Source of the DNA: Asterionella formosa
Taxonomy: Eukaryota
NCBI GenBank assembly: GCA_002256025.1
Contig: NKIB01012514.1
Span: forward strand, 1 to 64,000
Direction of reading: 5' to 3'
Length of the DNA stretch: 64,000 nt
The notes below the pieces were generated by a model. That model searched no databases, was not told the DNA's origin, and was given only the letters and a program-made list of their open reading frames with translations. Positions 1 to 11,326 of the stretch are shown here, one piece after another (position 1 is the first letter of the stretch; every line of letters starts with the position of its first letter). A program made the translations under genes and the position numbers.

Positions 1-567
1 TTGGCAAGGAGAGCTTGAACGACCGTGGTCAAGATGCTTTGGACGTGCGCATGTTGAATCGTTTGATTAAGGCCGTAGTAGTACTGATCCACAGTCTTGA
101 GCCATCCCACGTCGTCGTGTGTATGTGATGTAAACCTTCTTCTGATTGATCTAAGACATCAATCTCGTTAGCAAGCTTCTTGACATGGGAACGCATCATT
201 TGACTCATTGGACTATAGTCGAGTCCACAGTCCTTGTGACTCATTATAGCCATTGATGCTATATTCTTGACAACGGTATACCGTGTGTCCCTCATTCATC
301 GGAATGTTGTAGGTAATTGCGGCTAGGAGTTGTAATATTGCCCCTTGCTAGGCAGGTAACTGTTGAATGCAATTGGAATTTGGACGGGAACTATCAATCG
401 CACATTATTTATCTTGTCGCAGTCATGCTCGTCCAATGGGGTTGAGTCATGTATGCTACCTCATGGTACACAACATTTTTATATGGTGGTCACATTTTTG
501 CGAATCTAAAATCAGCAATTAATACTAAAATTGCTCCAGGAGAATACTTGCCATCAACGACTCAATC

Positions 568-1566
568 ATGGTGATTACAATCTATGAAGAAGACCAAGTC
601 ATTGATTCAACGTCAGTCAATATTCCCGACGATGTGGAGATGGCGTTAGACGTGCTATTCCTGGGAGGTAACAACCAAGTACACCAGAAAAAGGAACCAC
701 TCAATTCCGAGTTCTCAGAGTCAATGTCAGTTTCAATTTCTACAACAGGAAGTGACGAAGATAATTCATTCGCTGACCCTGATACGGATGATAGTATTGA
801 CTTGGCCAAGAAAAGTAGTACTACGGGTCCCAGTTCTTGCAGTGTCAAACGATGGCTAATCATCATTCTTTACGAATTATACATCATTTCAAAGTTCATA
901 ACAGCTGCATTGATTGTCTTTATTGTTGTGGCCGAAATTGGATCGAGCCTCGAAAAGAGAGCCTTCCTAAGGGCACCTTCAACCATGTCATTATACAACA
1001 CATCTGATGTTTGTGCAAAAAGGAACAACACGTCAGTCCCAAACATCGATTTTAGCACCTTTCCATTATCGCAAGATGCTCATGACGATGACTACAAAGT
1101 GGCTCACTGTGGTCAATGCGGCCACTGCTCGAACCCCATCGACATTGGAATTCAAGCCAAAACCGTCAAGACACTGACCACAACCTCCAAAAAATGCGCC
1201 TTAATGTCCCTCACCGGGGGCCTCAAGGCGGTACATAAGTGTTTGGAGAAGAACGTTGGCTTTACAAAACCATGTGAGGATTGTTGGGTCGAAAATATTA
1301 AATGCACCAAAACGCATTGCAAGTTTACTTGTCTTCTAAGTCTTCTAAATGAAATTACTGGTGGCACCAACAGCACCAACAAAGCCGACGGTTCATTGAA
1401 TGATTGCCTCCAATGTGACACAAGAATGTGTGGTCCAGCACAGTTCTTGAAATGTTCTGGATCAAATCGACGCCGACTCGGCCTTGATAGCGATATCGGT
1501 CGAGACAGGGAAAATGAGCTGTGCAAGTCAATAGATGTGGACTGGAATAATGTAACAACAAAATAG
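568..1566 (+). CDS. Hypothetical type II membrane protein with Cys-rich C-terminal domain
   Basis: 332-aa ATG ORF with an acidic/Ser-rich N-terminus, a hydrophobic segment (WLIIILYELYIISKFITAALIVFIVVA) and a regularly Cys-spaced domain (HCGQCGHCS...PCEDCWVENIKCT..HCKFTCL...CLQCD.RMCG...CSG) with several NxS/T sequons. Confidence 0.8.
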   Translation: MVITIYEEDQVIDSTSVNIPDDVEMALDVLFLGGNNQVHQKKEPLNSEFSESMSVSISTTGSDEDNSFADPDTDDSIDLAKKSSTTGPSSCSVKRWLIIILYELYIISKFITAALIVFIVVAEIGSSLEKRAFLRAPSTMSLYNTSDVCAKRNNTSVPNIDFSTFPLSQDAHDDDYKVAHCGQCGHCSNPIDIGIQAKTVKTLTTTSKKCALMSLTGGLKAVHKCLEKNVGFTKPCEDCWVENIKCTKTHCKFTCLLSLLNEITGGTNSTNKADGSLNDCLQCDTRMCGPAQFLKCSGSNRRRLGLDSDIGRDRENELCKSIDVDWNNVTTK

Positions 1567-1739
1567 AATTATTTATCATGAATGTACATATGCTATTCCC
1601 TCGTAGACACTTGGATCTAAAGCTGTATTTTCTCATTGACAATCCACAAAGAACAATTCAACGACAAAGGATATTTGGCCGTACATATGTCTTTCTTGTT
1701 GTCTTCAAAAATAGTCCACGTAGCATCGCCAATATCTTA

Positions 1740-2702
1740 CTAGTATATTCGTTTCGTAAGTTTTTTTTGTATTGAAAGGCTAGACAATGAGACTGGCTGC
1801 ACCCTTGCCTGTTCTTTGACGGCAGTCACTACATACAGTGGATCACCGACAATCATTTTCTTCCTCCCTTGCCTTGTCGAGAGATCTTGAGCTTGGATAT
1901 TCTCAAATCCACCATCACAAAACGCAAGGTAACCGCCTACAGTATAAGCATGATCAATATCATCTGCGCCTGTCCAAAGTGCCACAGCCTTTTGTATAAA
2001 AAGACGATTGGAAAACAAAATGTATACACGTCCTCCAGGTCTCAGTACCCTGCTCACCTCCCTCATGACCTCAAGAGGTCTGGTCAAATAATCAATGCTC
2101 AACTGACACAATACAACCGAAAAGCTCTCATCGCCATAGGGAAGCTTTGGATTTTCATTCAGGTCTACAACAACGTACTCAGTAAGAGCCTGATTAGCTT
2201 TCAATTCCTCTTCATTCATACCTAGCCCTGCTACTCGAATCCTTGTTGCTTTCGTGTTAATATGACTTGTCCAGCTGGAACACAAGTCTAAAACTGAATC
2301 ATCATCATGAATGGCATGGTTGGAAACGAAATCGGTCAAGGTCCTCACTGCATTCTCGTCAATGTGCTCGACAAAGCGAGGATTTGTATAAAATTTGGAA
2401 TCAGGCGTCGAATCCAATCTTCCGAAGATTGATTTGGTATCTCCAGTGAAGGGATTCTCGCTCCATGTCCCTGGTATCGAAGAAGCTATCTCGCCCATTT
2501 CTGGCAGGGCAATACCCGTTTTGGGGTCATTGAGCATGGCCTCGACAGGCCCGCAGCAGGCAGGTGCAGAGATGAGAACAACGCCCAAGTCTTTCAGGAA
2601 TCGTCTTCGCGGTGCATTAGAAGTCGACCATGCCGATGTGACTATTGGTAGATAAAAAAGGATTGTAGAAATGGTGATGCTGCCGCTACGCATCATGGTC
2701 AA
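1740..2702 (-). CDS. SAM-dependent methyltransferase (type 11-like), predicted plastid-targeted
   Basis: Motifs FYTNPRFVEHID, VLDLCSSWTSH, GLGMNEEELKAN, SIDYLTRP and VLRPGG..FSNR are typical of a cyanobacterial/plant methyltransferase family. The N-terminal signal peptide ends TSA-W (ASAFAP-like). Confidence 0.85.
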   Translation of the reverse strand: MTMMRSGSITISTILFYLPIVTSAWSTSNAPRRRFLKDLGVVLISAPACCGPVEAMLNDPKTGIALPEMGEIASSIPGTWSENPFTGDTKSIFGRLDSTPDSKFYTNPRFVEHIDENAVRTLTDFVSNHAIHDDDSVLDLCSSWTSHINTKATRIRVAGLGMNEEELKANQALTEYVVVDLNENPKLPYGDESFSVVLCQLSIDYLTRPLEVMREVSRVLRPGGRVYILFSNRLFIQKAVALWTGADDIDHAYTVGGYLAFCDGGFENIQAQDLSTRQGRKKMIVGDPLYVVTAVKEQARVQPVSLSSLSIQKKLTKRIY

Positions 2703-4860
2703 ACGATGTTAACGAAACCAGCAAGCAAGGAAAGGGACGCGATATTTGCCGGTAGTACCTGGTATCGTAATTCTTATTTTATGTTTTTCTTTTTTATGTC
2801 TGCTAATCATGGTCGCTTCGAACATAAAATATTTTTACATTTGCTGTACTCATAACCCAAATATTTAGCTAGGTGGGAACTGGAGTTACCAAATTTGTGG
2901 TCAGCACAAACATGAATCTTTTTACAGTTGGACATAACAGCGCGAAATATAAAAATGTGCCTACCGGTATTCATGTATGACTACACATATGATTTCCCGG
3001 AATATTTCAATGCTTGCTTGCTCATATACCCAATATGGCTTGTTCTTGATCCAAAATATGTATACATACTATACATGTATACATCAATCAGCCTTATGTA
3101 CACCAATTGTCATCTGTTTTAAATTCTTGTTGTGGTGATGATGTCATCATCCTCTTCCTGTCAAAGGTGACCAGCAAGAGAGGGTGTCACTTCCTCCCCA
3201 ACAAGGCTGCTTGAACATTGCCATCTCCAGCAAGTAAAACATTTACAATCCCAAGATGACAAGAAGGAGCAGGAGCAAGCAAGAGCAAGAGCAGGAGCAG
3301 GAGCAAGAGAAAGAGGACGATGCCAACAAAGATGCCAATGATGGTGATGATGACAGCAGGGTTGGTGCCTCCTGTGGCTCTCTGATTGGTGTCTCTCAGT
3401 CTTCATCAAGGAACAATGGCAATAAATCATCGCAGCACAGTGCAAGTACAAGGTTCAACCGTAAAAACAGTTACACAAGAACAAGGACAACTTGCTTTGC
3501 TATCAATGCAGCAATCATTGCAATCTCCAACCACAACAATACCAAGTACAAAGAAACTACAATCTTCATCTGCATCCATAGAATTTCAAACCCCAAATGA
3601 TAATGATAGTGACAATGAAAGCAGTAATCTAAGAATCTGAAACATTATTCTATGACTTAAAATGTATAACTGGCTGGTAGCACTTCTATGCAAATAGGGC
3701 TAGATAACATCATGCTGCTAGCAGTAGCTAGTGATGCGATCATCATGTCATTATCATCTTGAAATGAGAAGAATGCCAACATGGTCAGTGACTGACCATG
3801 GTGAAATTATGAAACTCATAGAAAATGAACAAAAGGAGGCATAACACACAAGTGGATGCATGATGGTGGCTATGAAAATTTAAAATTGAATTCGAAAATT
3901 TATTTACTGTTGCTTAGATAAGTAATCTAAAATAATTCGAGTGACAGAGTGCAATGACGATATTAGTATATATATTTTATAACCAAATTATATTTGTGAT
4001 ATAATAACTTTGGCACAAATTAATTAGGTATTCCGAAGTGCCCCCAATATAATCACTATACCGGTACTAATTTTTGAGAGGTGTCACTCACAGCTAGTCA
4101 GTCTGTCTAACTGTTCATGCCCATTCACTTTATTTACGTACCATTACGCCTTGATTCAAGATTAGATCAGATAATACGACCTGAGCGAGGAAGCCCACGT
4201 AGTCCCTTTGATATAATTAATTAGTTTATAAGTACAATACTGCTACAGTCATCCAAAGAACTTAAATATTAAACCTCTTTCAACCAATGATATTATTCAT
4301 TATTTTCATTTGACGATCATGCTTGTGTCATTCCATTGTCCCAAGCTTCATCCTTCATCTTTTGAAATTTTCTTGTTATATATATCAGCCACCAGTATAG
4401 ATTGATTGTTTCACAGGAGTACCATAAGTTCTCTTTGTTTTTTCCTTTTGGTAGTATTGATCTCCTGGCCACCTAGTAAGCAAGCAGGTCAACAATTAAT
4501 TCATTTCGGTTCTTGCCAACTTCACTTGGCATTTGCCATCATTGCATTAGGATTAGAAACCCAAAGAATATCCAATAAGATTGATGAATAATCTTGGTAC
4601 TATCATTGAAGCATCCTCCACATTGATGAACCTTGGATGACAGAATCGAAGGCTTTTTGCATACAATATAGAAGATGTGCTTTGCAAGTCAACAATCAAT
4701 AAAGATAAGCCCCCACCATTCTTTGAAGCCAATTAAGATGCCATGAACGCGTTTAAGCAATGTGGAATTCAAAATTTGAATTCGCTCTTGGTGGAAAAAA
4801 TGAATGAGTATGAATATGATTATGTTCATGAACATCTGGTTCACACCACATTAGTTTTAC

Positions 4861-5251
4861 GTTTGGGTTTGGAAATCAACGGGTTGGATGATGACACAAA
4901 GAATGCCCTGCTCTTCGAACATCAATTTACAAAGACACGCATTTACCACAGAACAATCTAAACTTATAGAGTCAAGAGGTTGCTTGCTTTAGTTGTCAAG
5001 AAAACTGGAATTAACTGAAGTAATAACAATGCGATCTATATGTCAGTAGAGTGATGTTTGGGTTTGGAAATCAATGGGTTGGAGGATGACACAAAGAATG
5101 CCCTACTCTTCGAAAATCAATTTACAAAAACACATATTAAAAACAACAGAACAATCTAAGCTTATAGAGTCAAAAGGTTGCTTGCTTTAGTTGTCAAGAA
5201 AACTGGATTTAACTACTATAGTAATAACAATGCAATCTATATGTCAGTAGA
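4861..5251. repeat. Tandem duplication, two diverged ~195-bp units
   Basis: gtttgggtttggaaatcaa...atgtcagtaga at 4861-5050 and again at 5056-5251 with scattered mismatches and indels. Confidence 0.9.
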
Positions 5252-7712
5252 ATGTATGAAATCATGCTGACAACTTAGAGATGATACTGGAACTACAATC
5301 ATACATTGTGTCATTTCGAGAACAGAATTGATGTTCTAAATAATACATTTAACTTGTTAAGCTACCAATCCAATAAGTCATCAGGACATTGCAACCAGGA
5401 ACCTGAAAAAAATTCCATTATCCAGCCAGCACTCAACCATTCTTGATCAGGGACCTTGATTTCTCAGAATCTGTTACCCACAGCTGCAAGTGGCCACTGG
5501 AACAAACACGACATCTTCTAGTCCAGTCTGCTCATATTGGTCCATTCTGGATGACTCCTGGTGAAGGACGTTCATGCCGACATGATGATGTCCCTAGTAC
5601 TAGTGCAATAAAAACACACCTCGAACTTGGTCGGAATTGCTTGCTGACTTTGCTGCAAGAGGAGCTAACACCAAAGCAAGGTAAAAACAAATGCGAGCTT
5701 CAGAATATTTTTTCGTAGTCTGAAATTGAAACTAGATACAAGACGAGAAATACAAGTCAAGGAATGCTGGGAAGGCAAGGCGAAGGGATTAATGCAAGTC
5801 TTGTGGGGATGAGGATTGATTGATCATGGCAAAACCTTACCTTTCTATACCACTTTAACTGGACCGAAAGATGCACATGAAATCGTCAACCATGATTCAA
5901 GTTTGAGACACATCATGTCAATGTGTACTTACATGTTGAAAGAGAATAAAGGAATGATAAGAAGATTGGCGGAGACATGCTTGGAGCTAGTTGCCTGCTT
6001 GAAGTTAGTAGTTGCCTTGAGGTCATCATTTTTACACCAAAGTGTCCTCTTCATGCAGAAATTTCTTGCAAAGAGGCAGGGAGTTGCATTTATGTGCTGT
6101 GTGTTCTGTCTCAAAGGGGCATACCAAGTGAACAAAACCTGTCACTGAAGGAGAAGTGAGGGGGGCAAAGGGAAGTTAGATCATCTATATCAGAGGAATG
6201 AAAGTTTTCTAGACAAGCTCATCAGTACTACATGTTGGCTTACTACCATGACATTCCATTGACTCTGGCCAATTCAATCCAGCACAACATAGCAGTGGTG
6301 CTATCAACATCATGTTCCAGTTGCAATCGAAGACCTATGTACAACAAATGCAGTGACGTAGTACAATATCTTCATGCCGGATCAAAACCTATACCGGTAT
6401 TGTAATATTGTTCGTAAGCGCCGAACCTAAAATGACCCCCAGCCAGCCGGGGCATATAATTTCACCTAAAATTCGCCACCTTGCTTCAGATGCAACATAT
6501 AGGTAAATCATTTAACTGCACCATGGTGTGTGTCCGTTGTTGGATAATGACGAAGCGGAATTTATTTAGCATTAAAATCTAATTTAAAACTATTTTACCT
6601 TCTTATGACCGCGATTGTCAACGATCTTGTTACTCGCAAAGCAAAACAAGTACCTATCGTAGTCCAGTTTAGTCGCTTTAACGGAACTGGGACTTTTCAT
6701 TGGCTGAAAGTCACTCTAGCGTCTGTCGAGTCTGATATAGTTGTGGTCAGCCAAATGATTCTTTCATGTTCCTGTGCAATATACAGACGAAGGATGTTGG
6801 GCTTGTTAGAGCAAGTACGAAATGTTCGAAGTTGTCCCAATCCCGAGTAAGTTTCCACGTACCTTGGATATCTGTGTGGTAGTAACGGTATGTGCAAGTA
6901 GTACCAAAACATATTTCTTCATATGCACTACATTCATTATTGCATCCTACCGGTATTCATATGCCTTTGGACCATTTCATGATGCTTGTTTATATTTATT
7001 CAGTATTATGTATACCCATGTACATTAAGTAATTCAATTTATTCGTTGCAATGCATATCTAAATCCTTATATGAGCAAAATGACATGATTTCTTCACATG
7101 CAACCATAACAACAAGGGGGAACACCGGAGTACAGGTATTTACATACTGCATCATACTCGCTATGTCCCAACAAATTTTGATACCGGTTGCCGCTCGCCT
7201 TGGGCATTTTACATCACACTCGACCACGTATAAATAATCTGTGTGAAAACAATATTCCGTTCTACACATTATGAATACAGACAATCCATTACCGGTATAT
7301 TTATGAGAAGTGATCGCTTTATATAAAAAGACAGGTTATTCACATTTTGTCAGGAACAGTTTCTTGATCATTGCCTTGTTACGATTCCCAAGTTGTACAG
7401 TCTAAAGCTACTAGCGACACTGACAGCCTTAATCTGCAGGTGTTCGTTCGTCGGATTGATGATGAGTTATTTAAGAACTTAAGCTTGTGTGGAAGTAAGT
7501 CAACTGTTACACAAATCAAGAGGTGCAAAACAAATGCATAATTTTTGTTCGCGGGTTAAATGCTCAATCCTTTAGTTTTGTTCTACAATAGCTTAAACCT
7601 TTCTGAGGAATCCTTTCTTATACTATACTTAATAGTATTTCGAGTCGACCGATTGGTTGAGAAGAATATTAGCTAGCGAGATCCTCGACTTTAACAGTGT
7701 CGTCGTCGTAAC

Positions 7713-10700
7713 ATGATGATTCCCCCAAACAAAACAAGCGACGAAGGATTCATCAATTTAGACATTGCGCTCACCGAATGCGATCGCTTTCCCTTGCATC
7801 ATATTGATAGCATTCAAGCAAATTCAGGCCACGTCTTGTATTGGAGGTATCCTTCTGGGACCATTGTCGCAGCGGACGCACTCATTCACCAGGTGATTTG
7901 GATCCGAAAGCATGGCAGCGACAAACGGAACGGGAAGGGGGAAAGCGCGGCAGAGACTGCGGTCACGCCGCAACCGCCCTTGTTGTTGGGAGCCTCCTTG
8001 AAAGACTGGATCCCGGAGATTCTGTACCATGACATCATGGACATTATCACGGGAATGGTGACGGCATGTTCCCAACGAGCCTTTCACTTTGCTACCTTTG
8101 ATAGTCAAACATTCGCCTTTTCAATCTCGACCACCTTCTCGGATTATTCCTTGATTGGCATGGAAATTGAGCTTGTCAAGGAACACGATAATTCCGAGAT
8201 ATTCTTGAATACTCTCGTGCATCTGGGTCGCATCTTGGAAAGCAATGAAGAGGAAGTGGTCCTGAACAGGGCCTGTGACATTCTTTTTGCATCACTGGGA
8301 TGCTATGATCGCGGGATGGTGCATCGAGTCTATGATGACTTATCGGGAGAGGTTATTCACGAAATCAAACATGAACACATTAGGTCCTCTTACAAGGGAT
8401 TACGTTATCCCAGTTCTGACATACCCCTTTCTGCTCGAAAACTCTTTGCGCACAACAGATTGCGATACATTCATGACACTGATGTAGACAGTATACCCTT
8501 GCTGTCAAACAGTGATACCCCAATCGACATGACACAGTGTCGCATGCGCGCCGTGGCCAAGCCTCATATTTTATATTTGCGCAATATGGGTGTGGTTTGT
8601 TCACTCTCCTTTGCCATTATTGTGGACAATGAGCTTTGGGGAATCTTTGTTTTTCATGGATATGGCAAGCCCACCAAGCCTTCACTGCACCAAAGAATTG
8701 CTTGCGAAACAATTACAGCCATAGTTTCGGTTCGCATAGAAACGATAGTGAAGAAAGCCCAAAGTGCGCGAATCATTCAGCTGCGAGAGATACTGATGCG
8801 TTTGAAAAACGATCAAAATGTCATTCACAACTTGCATGACTGGGGTAGCGAGCTACGTAGAACTCTTGATGCTGATATACTTGTGGGACACATTCAAGAC
8901 CCCCTTGAGGGCGAAGGGGATAATATCGTGCTTGGAGATGCTAGTCTTGCTCCATCCGCAGAGTTCTGGGCAAAAATGACTCTATCCCAAGCTTCTCATG
9001 AACTTTGTGTAATGTCAACTCGAGTTGAAGTTGAGAAACGAGGGTTGAACAAAGTCGATTGTCCCGCATCTGGTATCATGTACTTTCGACAGAACCGCAT
9101 GCACATCATGCTTGGAAGGGATGTACGCTCCAAGGATGTCGAGTGGGCAGGGGATCCTGATGAACCGAAGTTGCGCATTGGCGGGATTTTGCATCCTCGC
9201 CAATCATTCGCTATGTTTATGGAGAAAGCCCGTCAGGAATCACGAGCCTGGAATAGACACGACCTCCAAGTCATTTTCACTTTTCGGGACCACATTTGCA
9301 ATCATTCTCACAAGTGGATGATGGAATTGCTGCGGAACAATATCGATGACACCAATCAGAAATACATGCTGGCTATTGAAAGTGCACGAGACAACTATGC
9401 ATTCTTTGCACACATGAGTCATGAGCTACGGACTCCCTTTCATGGCGTGATGGGATGTCTAAACATTTTGAAGGACTCATTAGATGATTTGTCACATGAG
9501 GACGTGAAAAATCTTTTGGAAACAGCACTTACCTCGGGTCACCATATGATCAATTTGCTGAATGAAATTTTGAATATTTCCAAGAATACACATTTATCGC
9601 ATACTTGTTCAAATGATTCAGTTATTTACCAGACCTTAGCATTCGAAGTAATCTACGGAATGAAGACATTTGCTATGTCACAAAAAATTCCACTGACCTG
9701 CACGATATCCCCCAAGAACAAAAAGATTATTATTCACACTGACCGTACAAAAGTTATCCAGATCGTGTCCAACACTGTAAATAATTCCCTCAAATTTACA
9801 CGCAATGGAGGAGTCCACGTGCAATTTTCCCTTGTGAATACGCTTCACACAGCAATGGAGGAATGCGAAAAAGTGTCATCGAACTATTCCGGAGTCGTTT
9901 ACATCATGGAAGCTGGTAAAATATTCTCGTCAATTGACATGGCGTGGACTTACATGCAGAGCATGTCAAATATTATCAATCAGAAATGGATGTGCATACG
10001 TGTATCTGACACGGGATGTGGTATAGCACCAACAGAACTGGTCAATATGTTTGAGCCATTCATCCAAGCCAGTGCTGGGAGTAATCGGAATTTTCAGGGA
10101 ACAGGCCTAGGTCTATATATATGCTTGTCACTATGCCAGCAGCTCAATGGGTTCATTGTCTGTGCCAGTACACTTGGTGTAGGGACAGTCGTCCACATTT
10201 TTATCCCAGTTCAGATTGGAGACGAGACAACTGCTGTGGAGCTTGCTGATGTGAACAGAACAGCACCCCTTAAGGACATAGCCAACATCATACTCATGCG
10301 AGGACCCATCATGATTGTTGATGACAATAGAGTAAATGTTCGAATCCTTCATCGAGCATTGCAAATTTCTCTCAAAGCTGCGATGATCAATCTTGATGTG
10401 TTCACAGTCGAAGGAGGCGATGCTGCCATTGCTTTCTCCAAGGACACCCAACCTTCACTTTGTATTATAGATTACTGCATGCCTGAGACAGATGGGATTG
10501 CAACTGCTAGCACTATTCGAGCTTACGAGGAGGCCCAGGGCCTCGAAGCATCACACATTTTGTGTTTCACAATCGACGTCACTGATCAGACCAAACAGCT
10601 GGTGCTACTTAGGTCTGGTTTTGATGATGCCATTTCGAAACCTCCATACAATGAATTCATTGCTGATCTAGTTAGCCGAATGCATGTAGTTGAAAATATG

Positions 10701-10754
10701 GAGGAGAGCATCACAATCAATGAATCAGAAGCAGAGAAGAATTCTGCAATCTAG
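7713..10754 (+). CDS. DPH: Diatom-type phytochrome (PAS-GAF-PHY-HisKA-HATPase-REC hybrid histidine kinase)
   Basis: N-terminal ECDRFPLHHIDSIQ (biliverdin-attachment Cys as in BphPs), YPSSDIP, PHILYLRNMGV, LWGIFVFH, PHY tongue WAG...PRQSF, H-box SHELRTP, N-box NSLKFT, DTGCG, GTGLGL, and receiver VDD...IIDYCMP...KP. Uninterrupted 1013-aa ORF. Confidence 0.95.
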   Translation: MMIPPNKTSDEGFINLDIALTECDRFPLHHIDSIQANSGHVLYWRYPSGTIVAADALIHQVIWIRKHGSDKRNGKGESAAETAVTPQPPLLLGASLKDWIPEILYHDIMDIITGMVTACSQRAFHFATFDSQTFAFSISTTFSDYSLIGMEIELVKEHDNSEIFLNTLVHLGRILESNEEEVVLNRACDILFASLGCYDRGMVHRVYDDLSGEVIHEIKHEHIRSSYKGLRYPSSDIPLSARKLFAHNRLRYIHDTDVDSIPLLSNSDTPIDMTQCRMRAVAKPHILYLRNMGVVCSLSFAIIVDNELWGIFVFHGYGKPTKPSLHQRIACETITAIVSVRIETIVKKAQSARIIQLREILMRLKNDQNVIHNLHDWGSELRRTLDADILVGHIQDPLEGEGDNIVLGDASLAPSAEFWAKMTLSQASHELCVMSTRVEVEKRGLNKVDCPASGIMYFRQNRMHIMLGRDVRSKDVEWAGDPDEPKLRIGGILHPRQSFAMFMEKARQESRAWNRHDLQVIFTFRDHICNHSHKWMMELLRNNIDDTNQKYMLAIESARDNYAFFAHMSHELRTPFHGVMGCLNILKDSLDDLSHEDVKNLLETALTSGHHMINLLNEILNISKNTHLSHTCSNDSVIYQTLAFEVIYGMKTFAMSQKIPLTCTISPKNKKIIIHTDRTKVIQIVSNTVNNSLKFTRNGGVHVQFSLVNTLHTAMEECEKVSSNYSGVVYIMEAGKIFSSIDMAWTYMQSMSNIINQKWMCIRVSDTGCGIAPTELVNMFEPFIQASAGSNRNFQGTGLGLYICLSLCQQLNGFIVCASTLGVGTVVHIFIPVQIGDETTAVELADVNRTAPLKDIANIILMRGPIMIVDDNRVNVRILHRALQISLKAAMINLDVFTVEGGDAAIAFSKDTQPSLCIIDYCMPETDGIATASTIRAYEEAQGLEASHILCFTIDVTDQTKQLVLLRSGFDDAISKPPYNEFIADLVSRMHVVENMEESITINESEAEKNSAI

Positions 10755-11326
10755 CAAGACTTTCAGGGGGGTCAATAGTTGCAAATTAGGTGGAAATGCA
10801 AGGCAGTCACGACAGGACTAGACAAAACAAAGACTTCAGCAATGATCTAATGATCTAGGAAGCTTGCTTATCTCGTTGCTATGAATAATAGAGTTTCATT
10901 TTTCGAAATGGCACAATAACCTCTGCTCTCCATTTATGGTTGCTTTATTCAAAGCTTTATCTCGAGCTAGGGTTTAAAAACAATTGATTCAGAGTAATCA
11001 AATTCCCACTCATCACAACACGGACATAACACGGTCGTACCTGGTACCTGGTAAATTGTACCCTGAGTACCAGTATGCACATGATATATAAATCTGGACG
11101 GAGCGTTCGCCTTGTGGTTGGCTGGACATTGCAGCAAGAATATTCATTCACTATTAACTTATCTACCGGAATACGTAGAGTTTTGTCTACATTATGGCTG
11201 ATAAAAGTTATAATTTGTGTCGTTCCCCTACACATATAATTAAATATACATTTTTCTCTACCGGTATATAAATTTTCCCATAGCTACTTTTGTTCAACCA
11301 TCATTTTCCTTTGATTTGACTTTACC

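Noticed and set aside
29..295. 88-aa minus-strand ORF at the window edge
   Set aside because: No recognisable motif. It could be a first exon or a relic but cannot be supported from this window.
3256..3600. EQEQEQ-repeat ORF
   Set aside because: Short, low complexity and located in a decayed AT-rich region; no domain.
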